Assembly: GCF_035084215.1 (NCBI RefSeq)
Contig: NC_090363.1
Span: 3,844,001-3,908,000, forward strand
Direction of reading: 5' to 3'
Source of the DNA: Heptranchias perlo
Lineage: Eukaryota
Length of the DNA: 64,000 nt
Part shown: piece after piece, positions 25,060 to 37,569 of the stretch
Layout of the letters: every line of letters starts with the position of its first letter
How positions within the stretch are numbered: the first letter of the stretch is position 1
Made by a program: the position numbers and the translations under genes
Notes under the pieces: generated by a model
What the model was told of the DNA's origin: nothing
The model's database searches: none
Seen by the model: the letters and a program-made list of their open reading frames with translations, nothing else

Positions 25060-25505
25060 CTCTTGCCTCTGAGGCAGATGGTAGTAGGTGCAAGCCCCAC
25101 TCCAGAGACTTGAGCACATAACCTAGGCTGACACTTCAGTGCAGTACTGAGGGAGCGCTGCACTGTCGAGGGTGCCGTCTTTCAAATCAGACATTAAACC
25201 GAGGCCCCATCTGCCCTCTGAGGTGGATGTAAAAGATCCCATAGCATTATTGAAAGAAGAGCAAGGGAGTTCTCCCTGGTGTCCTGGCCAACATTTACCC
25301 TGCAACTAACACCACTAAGAAAAATGGGGATTGGTCAATTATCTCATTGCTGTTTGTGGGATCTTGCTGTGCACAAATTGGCTGCTGTGTTTCCTACATT
25401 GCAACTGTGACTACCCTTCAAAAGTACTTAATTGCCTGTGAAATGCTTTGGGACATTCTGAGGTCATGAAAGATGCTATATAAATGCAAGTCTGTCTTTT
25501 CTTTC
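25060..25505 (+). mobile_element. Deu-domain SINE (SacSINE1-like)
   Basis: tRNA-like head remnant, central gcagtactgagggag..taaaccgaggccc..aaagatccca, L2-like tail ctatataaatgcaagtc. Confidence 0.78.
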
Positions 25506-25699
25506 ATCTGTGACAAGGACAATTGTTGATTCTTTATCATGTTCCAATTGTCTTTGGTTTTAAATAGAATTGGGTTGTTGATTTAAAATGAAGATGGCCT
25601 CATTGATTGTTGTAACAGGATTTATCTGATTTGAAAGGTGTGATATAGTTTGTTCTATTGTAAAACAAATGTTCATATCTCCTGAAATATGTTTAGTCA

Positions 25700-26190
25700 C
25701 ATAGAGTCTGCAGCACAGAAACAGACCATTCGGCCCAACTGGTCTATGTTGGCTCTTTGAAAGAGCTACCAATTAGTCCCAATCCCCTGCCCATTCCCCA
25801 CAGCTCTGCAAATTTTTCCCCTTCAAGTATATATCCAATTCCCTTTTGAAAGTTATTACTGAATCTGCTTCCAGATCATAACAACTCGCTGCGTTAAAAA
25901 AAAATTCTCCCCATCTCCCCCTCTGGTTCTTTTGCCAATTACCTTAAATCTGTGTCCTCTGGTTACCAATCCTTTTACTGGAAACAGTTTCTTCCTTATT
26001 TACTCTCTCAAAACCCTCAGAATTTTGAACACCTCTATTAAATCTCCCCTTAGCTTTCTCTGCTCTAAGGAAAACAACCCCAGCTTCTCCAGTCTCTCCA
26101 CATACCTGAAGTCGCTCATCCCTGGTACCATTCTAGTAAGTCTCCTCTGCTCCCTCTCTAAGGCTTTGACATCCTTCCTGATGTATGGCT
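25700..26190 (-). mobile_element. CR1/HER1-type 3' fragment
   Basis: Same tail and ORF2 end as the other copies. Confidence 0.8.
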
Positions 26191-27664
26191 GTAGAGTTAA
26201 AAGTAAGAGCTTTGAGACAACGAGTCATCCTTCCAGAATGTATTGGCCTGGGGAGACCATCAATTATCCTGAAGACGCTTGTTTTAAAAGAAAGTATTTG
26301 AAAAGTTTGTATGTGCTGGGATTTACTGATGTTTGCTACATGTCAGTTACTAAAATAAAAAAAAATGATGTTGGGGGTATAATGTTATATTGAAAAGAGT
26401 TGATTCTAAGTCTCTTTTTAGATATCCCAGGACCGTGACACAACACTTTAATGCACCACGTATTATTTTATTTAATCACATTTATGACATGTCAGTTATA
26501 GATTGGATCATATCAAGCACTAGCCACAAGGTTCAAACTTGAACGATTACAGTGATACAATCCCTAGTATCATTGGCAATAAGCATAGTTACTAGACTCT
26601 AAATCGTTGCAGAAAAAAAATCAGTGTTCAAAGTTACACTAATGCTTTCAACTAACGTAGAATCCTCCTGCACTGGAAGACACAAAGGGAGATGACAATA
26701 ACTGTGACCAATAATTCCACGGTTTGGATCACACTGAGGTGCATTGACTTTCGGTAACTTTAACCAGCCGATATTCCAGAACATCCTTCCGTTAATTTTA
26801 CTTCCACGCATTCACTTTCCGAAAATATTAGTAGGGTTGTCCATTGCTGCCGACGGATCTGACTCAAGGATTTGAACAAGGAATGCTATCTGGCCATTTA
26901 ACGAAATTCCCTGTTGGGTTTTAGGAACCATTCACCACCCTGTCAGTATAACTGAGTGCTTGCCCTACGAGCGACAATCTCATTTGAAGGAGTGTGCATG
27001 AATTAACCTCATGGGTTGGGTAGTTGATGCAAAGAGCTTCAAGTTGTGGAACGTAGGCCATTCCGAAAGCCGAGTTAGATGCAAAATGTGGAAGGAGATT
27101 TGGAAGAATAGTTGACCTTCTGCACAGTCTTCTAGGTCTAAGTCACCCTCTTTTTCCGCGTCACGTTGTGGTTGTTGAAAACAAGGTTATGCAAGGCTGC
27201 GAATGACAAAGTTAAAAAGAAAAATGTACAGGACTCAATTAACACGCCAAACACAATGAATGAAATACGGCTCAGTGCAAAAAACAAACAGAAATCTCCC
27301 TCAGCCTAAAATGAACCCAAACAAACCAGCCAGAAACCCCTTCACAGAACATGGAAGAACTTACCAATACAGTTAATTATCTTTTAAAACATTAAGCAGC
27401 ACTTCTAAGTATTTTCAAGAAATTCCAATGATTCCAGATCGAACTGATTCTTCACTCAATCTCTCATTAACAGACTAAACCAATCTAATGGGTTTAGACT
27501 GGGTGATCAGCAATTGGTTCACACCATTTAGTCTCAATAACTAATCAGAATTAAATTCAAAGACACGTTTACTATATTAAGATATTAGTTTTTATTACAC
27601 TATAATTAATTTCAAACACAGGTCATAACTTGGGGGCCAAGGACACTCAACACATAAAAAAAGG

Positions 27665-28095
27665 AAAAAACTTGCATTTATATAGCACCTTTCATGGCCT
27701 CAGGATATCCCTAAGCACTTTACAGCCAATGAAGTACTTTTGAAGTGTAGTCACTGTAGTGATGTAGGAAACGTGGCAGCCAATTTGCTCAAGAGCAAGG
27801 TCCCACAAACAGCAATGTGAGAAACGACCAGATAATCTGATTTAGATGTTGGATGAGGGATAAATATCGGGCAGGACACCGGGGAGAACTCGCCTACTCT
27901 TCTTCAAAATAGTGCCATGGGATCTTTTACGTCCACCTGAGAGGGCAGATGGGGCCTCGGTTTAACGTCTCATCCGTAGGACGGCGCCTCTGACAGTACA
28001 GCACTCCCTCCGTACTGGCACCAGGAGAGTCAGCCTGGATTATGTGGTCAAGTCTCTGGAGTGGGACTTGAACTTATAACCTTCTGACTCAGCAA
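27665..28095 (-). mobile_element. Deu-domain SINE, nearly full length
   Basis: Reverse complement of the 25060 copy, including B-box-like gttcaagtccc. Confidence 0.8.
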
Positions 28096-28199
28096 TCAGC
28101 TGACACTGTCAAAATGCTTTGGGCTGAACTGTTGTCTCTTTCCTGAATGAACAGAGCTGTGATCTCAGCTCAACTTCCTCTCACACATGTGATGGGACC

Positions 28200-28830
28200 C
28201 CAAGACTACTTTATTTCACCAACTAACCATTGCCCATCTCTGCTCCTACTTCTGCCTTTCTGTTGCTGAAACCCTATTACAGACTTTATCTCCTCGAGGC
28301 TCGACTTCTCCAGCCCTCCCCTTGCTGGCCACCCAAATTCCACCCTTCATGAACTACAAGTCATCCAGAACCCCAAGGCCCCACATTCCCACCTCACTAA
28401 GGCCCACATTCCCATCACATCCCTGCCAAACTCCATTGGCTCCATGTGTTTCCATTGAGTTACGTTTAAAATGATTCATCCTCACCTTCAAATCCCTCCA
28501 TGGCCTTGTCCCTTCCTACCTCGGTGACATCCTTTAGCTGTATGTCCTTATGTACACCAACTGTTCCTCAGACACCGGCTAATTCTCCATTCATTCTGTT
28601 CCATCATCAGAAGTAGCTTCTTCAGGCACTGTCTCTGCTCCCTCTGGAACTCCCACCCACAGCAACTCCACTTTGTCACTCTCCCCTCGCTGCCTTCAAA
28701 AGCCTACTCGAGGTCACCTGTCCTAATATCGCCTTATGTGGCTCGGTGTGGAATTTTGTTTGATAATCATTCCTGTGAAGCGCCTTCGGACGTTTTACTA
28801 TGTTAAAGGCGCTATATAAATGCATTGTAG
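28200..28830 (+). mobile_element. L2 LINE 3' fragment
   Basis: Decayed SRLD..LHWL..FKSLHGL..WNS coding remnants; tail ctgtgaagcgcctt..aaggcgctatataaatgca. Confidence 0.72.
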
Positions 28831-29248
28831 GAAGGTAAGTGGTTGGTAACATTGTTCCTATATCTCCTACATTTCCAAATCCTGTGCCTAGATCTTTTGG
28901 AAGTGTTTGGACTTGGAGTGTATCGTTTTTGGGTTACACTCACTGTTTCAGATACTGGGGTGGGGTGGGGGGTGTGGTAGAGGGCTCATCTATTGGACTT
29001 TTGAGGTAGGAAGCAGTGGCGGGAGCAGAATTAAGCGACCCCTCCCCATTCATCCTTTTCTCTTCCCTTCACTCCCTATTAAATGGCATTTTCTGCGCGC
29101 GAAATTATTGTGTAGAACCTTTCTCACTCCAGTTTCGTTATTGCATCATTGGCACACGTCATGCTTTTGCATTTCTACTTGTGATAAGATCGGAGAGCAA
29201 ATCTTTGAAAGGAAAGGAAAAAAAAACATGAAAACTGACGTTTTACTG

Positions 29249-29793
29249 TTAATGACCTTTAGCACCGCAGATCTTCAGCGGTTCTGTGTTTTTTCCGCGG
29301 CCACTCAAACAAGGACTGAAGAAAGGATAGAGTTTCTCAGTGAAGGTGTCGAGGAAAGTGTGGAGATGGAACATGTTGTCCGCATTGTAAAACGACACCT
29401 GCCCCTCCTCATAATCCAGGTACACCCCGATCTTCCTGGGTTTTACACTCACGGCCAGGCGGGTACGAGGCAAAGTACCGGCCTTATATTCGCTCCTTCT
29501 CAGCCACACGATCCAGTAGCCAGCCTCTGGCATTGCCGTGATGTCTCCCTTCCTGTTGATGGACTCTGCGACCACTCCGAGATCCCACTCGGTGCTGTCA
29601 CCCACCTCGACTTCCCAGTAGTGTTTCCCTGATACGAACCCCTCAGACGCCAGGACGCACACGCACGGGTAGAACCTTTCCGCTGTCTCAGGGAGCAGTT
29701 GTCCTTTGTCTCCGTATCTCACACTGGTCAGGTCATCAGACAGGATGAGCCAGGAGTGCGCTGTGTTAGGATCCAGAGTTAGAGAAGTTGGAA
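29249..29793 (-). CDS. TRIM gene 3 terminal B30.2 exon
   Basis: cttccttccag acceptor; [26 protein letters not shown]. Confidence 0.93.
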
Positions 29794-32700
29794 CTGGAAG
29801 GAAGAGGAAAAAAAAAGTGAGTGATATTTGAATCATTCAATCACAGAAAGGCCATCCTTTTCCCAAATGCCTAGTCTATTCTATAATTTGATGATGGGTC
29901 TAAGGAAAAGCTTTGGTGTGAGCCTCTGTCCATCCAGGACTGCAAGTTATCGGAGGGAGTCACGAGAAGAGACTTCACATGCTGGGGATTATTTCGAGAG
30001 GAGAAAGGGAAGAGTAAGCGAAGTTTGTATAGCGGTTTTTAAAAATGACGCAAGATTTTCAAAGGGTGAATAGGGAAAGGCTATTTCCCCTGTTTGGGGA
30101 AGTCAGTGACAAGGGGTTAAACTCTAGTAAAAAGACTGAGGCAGATTAATGCTAACTTTTATCGCCAGGCAAAAAATCGAGTGATAGAGAATCGGCAGCC
30201 AGTTTTATGAACTGGTCCAATTTTCTTCCCCATTGAAGTCAATGGGGGTGAAATTAGACATGGACAGGGTCAGTAACGTGAAATGGACTCATTGCGAATC
30301 GGCAGCCTGTTTTACACCACATCATTCAACTGGGGTTGACCAATTTTTTTGTTTTATTTGTTCATGGGATGTGGGCGTCGCTGGCGAGGCCAGCATTTAT
30401 TGCCCATCCCTAATTGCCCTTGAGAAGGTGGTGGTGAGCCGCCTTTTTGAACCACTGCAGTCCGTGTGGTGAAGGTTCTCCCACAGTGCTGTTAGGTAGG
30501 GAGTTCCAGGATTTTGACCCAGCGACGTTGAAGGAACAGTGATATATTTCCAAGTCGGGATGGTGTGTGACTTGGAGGGGAACGTGCAGGTGGTGTTGTT
30601 CCCATGTACCTGCTGCTCTTGTCCTTCTAGGTGGTAGAGGTTGCGGGTTTGGGAGGTGCTGTCGAAGAAGCCTTGGCGAGTTGCTGCAGTGCATCCTGTG
30701 GATGGTACACACTGCATCACACTCCTGACTTGTGTCTTGTAGATGGTGGAAAGGCTTTGGGGAGTCAGGAGGTGAGTCACTCGCCACAGAATACCCAGCC
30801 TCTGACCTGCTCTTGCAGCCACAGTTTTTATGTGGCTGGTCCGGTTAAGTTTCTGTTCAATGGTGACCCCCAGGATGTTGATGGTGGGGGATTCGGCGAT
30901 GGTAATGCCGTTGAATGTCAAGGGGCGTTCGTTATACTCTCTCTTGTTGGAGATGATCATTGCCTGGCACTTGTCTGGCGCGAATGTTACTTGCCACTTA
31001 TCAGCCCAAGCCTGGATGTTGTCATTTCACTCCCATTAGAATCCCATCGGCCGCCCGTCATACGCCCGGCCCTGATATTTAGTTCTGTTAACTTCAGTAG
31101 AACGGAATATTAGGTGTGTGGTATAAACGCACGGCAAATACAACTCTCCCTGTTTTGTGTCCCTAGCCAAGCCCAATTTCACCCCCAGTGGAAAATAACG
31201 TCGGCCCTGGTATAAAATGGGCTTCTGGTCCTCCATGAGCCCTTTGCGCCCCCCCTGAGGGTTTTCCTGGTGGTTGGGAGGGGAGCGGTTGGTACATTCT
31301 GGTTTTCCCGAATGGCCCGTTCAGTACGGCACGGGAGCGAGCTGCAGCGAGCACGGTTAGAACAGAGGCCGATGTTAACAATGCCAGGAGAACAAAGGGA
31401 GAAAATATGCTGAGCAAACTTATCAGGTAACCTGGTGCAAGGACCGCTTGCTATTTTTGTAACTGAAAAGAATTAACAGATACATGTTTATGCTGGGAGT
31501 TGAATGGATTAAAATTGCTTCATGGACACTTAATTTAGTTACAGCTGCATCATAAGCACATTTTGTTCTATCAGTAAACAATGTTTATTTTTAATCAGTC
31601 TGTTTAATGGTTATATAGTTTTGGAGGACAGTGCGTCCTTCAAAATCCATTATTAAACTGCTCTAATGCTTGTACTCAAAGTGTATCAGCTATGACTGGG
31701 GCCAGAAAACATTTCTTCCCATTGAGTTAATGAACTATCATTCAACCTTGAGAGTGGGAACAATGATGAGTAAAAAGCAACAGCCAGTTAAAAAAAAATT
31801 TGTTCATGGGATGTGGGCGCCGCTGGCAAGGCCGGCATTTATTGCCCTTGAGAAGGTGGTGGTGAGCCGCCTTCTTGAGCCGCTGCAGTCCGTGTGGTGA
31901 AGGTTCTCCCGATATTGAATATTGGAACCGTTTCGTTATGATCACAAGGGGTCAGATTTGCGACTTCCCCCCCCACCTCCCCGGGTGTGGAATCTGCAGG
32001 CTGGCTGCCCGTTATAGAATCCACCTGATAGTCAGTTCCAGATGAACGATAATCGGGCGGTTTCTATAACGTGTCGATGAATCGCACGGCCAAGGTTTAA
32101 GCCCGGGCGACGATTTGAAAATCTGCCCCAATACATCGGAGGCTCTTATTCACCATTAACGAGTCAGTTATGTCCAATTTCTGGAGGACAACTTTTGCAT
32201 CATATAACGTTTCTTGTTTAAAGTTTCTTTTGTCAGTCTCTCCCAGCCCATGAACATACTGAGGATTTAACAGGTCAAGAATAAATCCTTACCGGGGCTG
32301 ATGGTGTCTAGCATTTGTTTCCAGACAGTGTACTGTAAAGGTCCTTTGAATATTCCCAGAGGCAGATTTCCACTGGTTAATATGTGGTAATTGTCTTCAC
32401 TGATAATGTAAACATGAAACAGTTGGCATTACAAAATGACATTAAACACTTGCATGTATTATTTTTTGGATTATATAGAGTTTCTGTGAAGAACTTCTCA
32501 TACCTCCTTTGCCGACAAGCTTCTTCCTAAAAGTAAAATAGAAGAGGGATCTGAACTCGCCATTGCGTACTACTGGTGGCAGTGTTAGGACAGAGCAAAA
32601 CTGAGACAACATCAAACACATTACAAAACGTCCAAATATCAATGTCGTCAGAAGGGAGCAGAGACGTGGAGAGAAAAAAAAAAGCACATGAAACAAACCT

Positions 32701-35003
32701 GTTTCGTGTATAATTCCTACAGAAATCGGGAATCCTCTCCCCCCACAAACAAAGCTGTGGGTGCTGGGGGACAATTGGAGCTTTCAAGGCTGAGATGGAT
32801 AGATTTTTGTTAGGTGAGGGTATTAAGGGATACGGAGCTAAGGTGGGTAGATGGGGTTAAGATACAGATCAGCCATGACCGAAGTGAATGGCGGAACAGG
32901 CTGGAGGGGCTGAATGGCCTACTCCTGTTTCTATGCCGCAGAAGGAACCTTAGTGAGGAAGCCTAGAAATTACTGTTGGTGCTATTGGCCCCGGAATGTT
33001 TGACATTTCCATTTAACACCCCTTTATCCGCATTTTAACCCCTTTATTTTAGACCGATTAACAACTCCATTGAATGCCATAACAATGTGGCCAGGGTTAG
33101 CCTGTTAACGGTAATTTCTAGGACTCCAAAGTTTCGTCATGGGATACTGGCACACAAATGCTTTGGTTTCAAATTCCTCCCATCCCCCACCTTCATTTCA
33201 ACAGAGGTCAGTTTAGTAGATAGATAGAATTTCGGAATAATTGTTTAACCATTCCTAAGCCAGAATCCCACCGTGCAATTTCAAAACATGGGGGCAATTT
33301 TAACCTAACCCGCCCGTCGGGATACTGAGCAACTGGGAGCAATGCTGGTTTTACATCACAGCCGATAAAGTCAATATTGAGCAGGAGTGTAAAGCCAGCA
33401 GTCCACCCGATCCCCTGGGATTCCCGCCTGGCGAGTTAGGTTAAAATTACCATCAAATGACTCTCACAATCACAGTGAGCTACAGATCCGTGAGGCTACA
33501 AGCACACGCTGTTACTCCCGTGGATTGTATTGTCATTACCAAATAATTAGAATCTACATTCCAGGACATTCCTATCTAAATTGTGCCAGAATTTAGACAT
33601 TTAGGGATCTGGATCACCGACGGGTATTTTGCTTAGTGACAACTGAAGATTAATGATCAGAGTAATTTTCGTACATAGCGAAATCGTGACGATGTCTTCT
33701 GTTCGGTATTTCAAGCGAAGTTTTAAAGGCGCTGGTTTACGACCTGGCTACGCATACAGGACCGTGGCTGAATATAATGACAGGAACATTCCCCAATCCC
33801 ACCTCCCCCCGATCCGTGTACCTCCAGAAAGCTGAGCGTCTCCCTCTGGTCCATTTTTGTGTGCAACCGTGATAACCTTTGCTGAATAGAATCCAAATTC
33901 TCTTGTATCTCTTGAAGGTTCTTCTCCATCGTTTCTGAAATGTTCTCCTCGTGTTCCTTCAGCTCTCGAATTAAATTCTCTTCTCTTTTATCCAGGATCA
34001 GGTGCATTTTGGCGAACTGGGACGAAATGAGGTTCTGCAGACTGGTCGACTTTTCCTGGAGGGGAAACAAAATTTTTTTAAAAATGGGTAAATCTGGTAC
34101 CAGAACAATGGGGGTTGGGGGCGAAAGGACAAACGAAAAGCGGAGTGGAAGAGACTTACTCCAATTTCTGAAATGCTCTGTTTTTCCTTCAGTTTAGCTT
34201 CAAGGACTGCAATCTTCTGTCTCAGGATCTCCAGGGACGACTTCAGTTTATCCTAGAGTTAAATCGGAATTTTGCAGAAGTGTTTATAGGTGCAGATGAA
34301 AAGGAGGACAAAATATTGGGGGGAGGGGGTAATTTTAACTTTGTGCATTGGTGCAAAACGGGCAATAGTGAATTGGCCGTCCCTAATACACCAGGCTTGA
34401 TTTTCCAGTGAGTTGTGTAATAGGCAATCAATTCGATGTCGCTCCTTTCTGCACCATTGCACAAAGTTAAAATCATCCTCCCACAACTAATCAGATAAAG
34501 AAATCGGCCCCTTTTACCTTGTACTTATCAACTGCTTCGTGTATGAGCATGAAATCGTGGAACTTATGACTCCGACCTTCTCTCCCGTCCAGGCACATCA
34601 CGCAGATCAGTTCCTTGTCCGTCTCGCAAAACAGCTTCAGCTCTTCCTGATGCTCCCCGCAGTAAAGTTTGATCTTAGGCTCGTTAAGATTCACGTACGG
34701 GCCCGGAGCCCCCTGGCGCTCTGGGCAGGAGAGTGCGTTCTCCTTCTTCACCGGGCTCAGGTTCAGATTCCTGGCTTTGTCTGCCAGATTGGCCAGCGCC
34801 CTGTTTGCCCTCAGGCTGTTTTCCCTGAGCACTTTGCGGCATTCCGGGCAGGAGTTTCTCTCCCCGTTTTCCCAGTACAGTTTGATGCAGGAGTGGCAGA
34901 AATTGTGGCCGCAGTCCAGTATGACCGGGTTGTTGAAGAGTTCGAGGCAGATGGGGCAGTTTAAGTATTCGGTCAAGCTCTTGGCCTGCTGTCTCGATGC
35001 CAT
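29249..35003 (-). CDS. TRIM gene 3: RING-B-box2-coiled coil-B30.2 E3 ligase, 495 aa, paralog of gene 2; complement join 34518-35003, 34160-34252, 33822-34055, 32504-32526, 32293-32399, 29249-29793
   Basis: Same six-exon architecture and phases as gene 2 (486/93/234/23/107/545 nt = 1488 nt in frame); RING, B-box, GPLQYTVWK and SPRY motifs. Confidence 0.93.
30345..31022 (-). mobile_element. Family A LINE 3' fragment with internal deletion, intronic in TRIM3
   Basis: Reverse complement of 1110-1930 lacking the ~1418-1562 segment; a shorter copy lies at 31796-31910. Confidence 0.88.
33822..34055 (-). CDS. TRIM gene 3 coiled-coil exon (234 nt)
   Basis: ccctccag acceptor and gag|gtacac donor; homologous to 14599-14832. 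Confidence 0.9.
34518..35003 (-). CDS. TRIM gene 3 exon 1 (RING + B-box2)
   Basis: [19 protein letters not shown]...; donor aag|gtaaaa. Confidence 0.92.
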
Positions 35004-35229
35004 GTTCGGCTTCAGTATTTGCTGACACAAGTCGCAGTGACCTCCCCCTACCTCCCTTCCCTAGGATGTATCCAGCCTAGGTTCCTCGTCCAAATACTCC
35101 TCTTTGGTTTCGATGCTGCTAGGTCAGAATGACAGTACTTACTGTTCCAAGACATAAATCTCAATTGGACATAGAGTTGCCAACTCTGGTTGGATATATT
35201 CCTGGAGGTTTCATCACATGACCTCCTGC

Positions 35230-35336
35230 CTCCAATCGCCCCGCCCCCATACTCTCGCCATTGGTCGCCCAACGTGTCCATCCTCATGGCGCACTGCCAA
35301 TAGGAAAGCAAATACATTCTTCATTACGCGATTGGA
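35230..35336 (-). promoter_or_regulatory. Putative TRIM3 proximal promoter: four CCAAT boxes and a GC box
   Basis: CCAAT/ATTGG at 35232, 35260, 35297 and 35331; ccccgcccc at 35239-35247; 230-330 bp upstream of the ATG. Confidence 0.55.
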
Positions 35337-35461
35337 TGATTCTTGACTGTCAATTAAACAGCCTAGATTTTTATAATGTGGAGATGCCGGTGATGGACTG
35401 GGGTTGACAATTGTAAACAATTTTACAACACCAAGTTATAGTCCAGCAATTTTATTTTAAA

Positions 35462-35500
35462 TTCACAAGCTTTCGGAGGCTACCTCCTTCCTCAGGTGAA
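35462..35500 (-). ncRNA. Minimal type I hammerhead ribozyme motif
   Basis: UUCAC-CUGAGGA-A-GGAGG-uag-CCUCC-GAAA-GC-UU-GUGAA on the minus strand. Confidence 0.8.
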
Positions 35501-35515
35501 CGATGTGGAAAATCG

Positions 35516-35554
35516 TTCACCTGAGGAAGGAGGTAGCCTCCGAAAGCTTGTGAA
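35516..35554 (+). ncRNA. Minimal type I hammerhead ribozyme motif
   Basis: Same motif on the plus strand; stem II covaries with element #1 (A-U to G-C). Confidence 0.82.
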
Positions 35555-36319
35555 TTTAAAATAAAATTGCTGGACTATAACTAGATTTTTATAACTAATA
35601 AACAAATGGGCATGTAGTTTCCCTGTGGCTGCCAAAGGGAAATGCTCGTTACTCAAGAGAGATCATTTTTGGCCCCAGCTGGCGGATGCAAGGAGAGCAG
35701 ACGGACATGCAAACATTAGCTAGTTTCCACCCTGCCCATTTAAAGGGATGGAGACAATTGAGTTGATGGTGAGGAGGTTGGGAATAAATCCAACGATGGA
35801 GCAGGAAACTATACGGTTACCTTGGAGGACGCGTCAGAGTCAGGACGATCCAGCTTTCTGTCTCACTTTTCTTAATGCATTGTCATCAAAACCACCGCGA
35901 ATCGGGTGCAAATGAAACAGAATCTATCAGCAAGCCAGCAAGCAAGCTGGGGGATGTGAAGGTTTGGGGTCCTTGGCGAGAGAAAATCCCCAGCATTTTC
36001 TTTTCTTTGATTAGACCAAGAGCACAGGGTCAGAGGACACAATTATTGCACTGTGCAAACGTGCAGCAAGATTAACGATTAAAAAAACATAGCTTTTAGC
36101 CCAGGGGATAAAAGAACAAACTGCCAGAGAAGATTCTTGATTCAGGTTGATTGATAGCTTTAAAACAAAATGTGCTGGTCCAGAACTGCTGAGAACAGAG
36201 AGATAACTAGAAACACGTCCTCGTTTTTCGGAAGCGGGTACAGTAAGGAAAGTTTGCGCTCCTTAAAGTGGGGGTTCAACAGCGGATGAGTGGGGAGTCC
36301 ACGGTAGAGTGACCATGGG

Positions 36320-36950
36320 AGAATTGGGGAGACCAAACGCAGATTGGGTGATCACTTTGCTGAAAAACCTCCCTTCAGTCCGTAAGTGTGGCCCTGACCT
36401 GCCGGCCATTTGCCATTTTAATCCCCCTTCCCGTTCCCACTCTGACCTCTCTGTCCTCGGCCTCCTAAACTGCTCCAAAGAAGCTCGAGGAACATCACCT
36501 CATCTTTCGATGAGGCACTTTACAATCTTCTGGACTCAACACTGATTTCAATAACTTCAGATCATAACCACTGCTCCCATTTTTTCGGACAGCAGGTGCT
36601 GGTTATGGTTCTGCTGTTGCCATTTACAGTTCCTCTAGACCCATCTTTTGTTTCTTTACTTGTCCCATTCCCACCCTCGCACCATCATCCCTTTTGTCAT
36701 TTAATCACTCCTGCCCTCCACCCTATCACAAACCTTCTATTTTGTTCTTTTCTCCCCTCCCTCTCCCTCATTGCCTGACTGTATTTGCTTAAAAACTGTT
36801 TAATGTTTAACTCCTTCCAGTTCTGACGAAAGTTCATCGACCTGAAACATTAACTCTGTTCCTCTCTCCACAGATGCTGCCCTGACTCGCTGAGTATTTC
36901 CAGCATTTTCTGTTTTTATTTCAGATTTCCAGCGTCCGCAGTATTTTACT
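36320..36950 (+). mobile_element. Penelope-like 3' fragment: GIY-YIG C-terminus plus pLTR
   Basis: GETKRRLGD.F and CHFNPPSRSHSDLSVLGLL remnants; degenerate hammerhead agtt-ctgacga..gacct-gaaacattaact at 36819-36855. Confidence 0.75.
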
Positions 36951-37569
36951 ATTGGTTCATCAATACTATGCTGAAATGGCCAGTGGGAGTTTCTTTGCAG
37001 TGGGTTTGTAGAGTTCTTTTACATTGGACCTATTTGATAAACACGGTGTGTACATTGGATTTTGATTTTTTTCAAACGTAGTCCTCCGATGCCAGGTTTT
37101 TTTTGCATTTATTGATTGTGTATTTTCCAACTGTGTTGAAACATGAAATCCAATATGTTGATGCTGACTGGAGACTGATATTCATCAGATGTGACCTTGA
37201 GTTTTGGAAGTAGCGACTGTACTGCATCATGAAACATCCCAATCTCTGCTTCACTGTAACGTTTAATTGTTGTTCCACTTATCCTGTGCTGCTGAAGCTG
37301 CTAACACTCCGGAAGATTGCCGGGGGGGTTAGATTCTGCGATAGTGTAAAATGGGTAATAGCGAATCAGCTGCCCCGTTTTACACCTCTCCCCATTTTTA
37401 TTTTAATTGACCTCAATGGGAATAAAAATCGAGAGAGACGCGACATTTCTAATTTATTTTACCACAATTTCTGATACGATGGAGAACGGAACATCCGATA
37501 TCAGCTCAGGGTTTAAATACATCGTTTTCTGTTCCTGGCTATTGAGACATCGTCAATTCCAAAGCATTC

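Larger units (their letters stand above)
35377..35582. mobile_element. Penelope-like fold-back element #2
   Basis: Perfect 71-bp arms 35434-35504 / 35512-35582 with a 7-nt loop; 14-bp TSD ctagatttttataa at 35363 and 35581. Confidence 0.87.

Noticed and set aside
13524-35003. Assigning human symbols (TRIM39, TRIM69, TRIM62) or the symbol UrIg
   Set aside because: Shark TRIMs are lineage-expanded, and UrIg versus UrIg2 orthology needs phylogeny and synteny that I cannot run.
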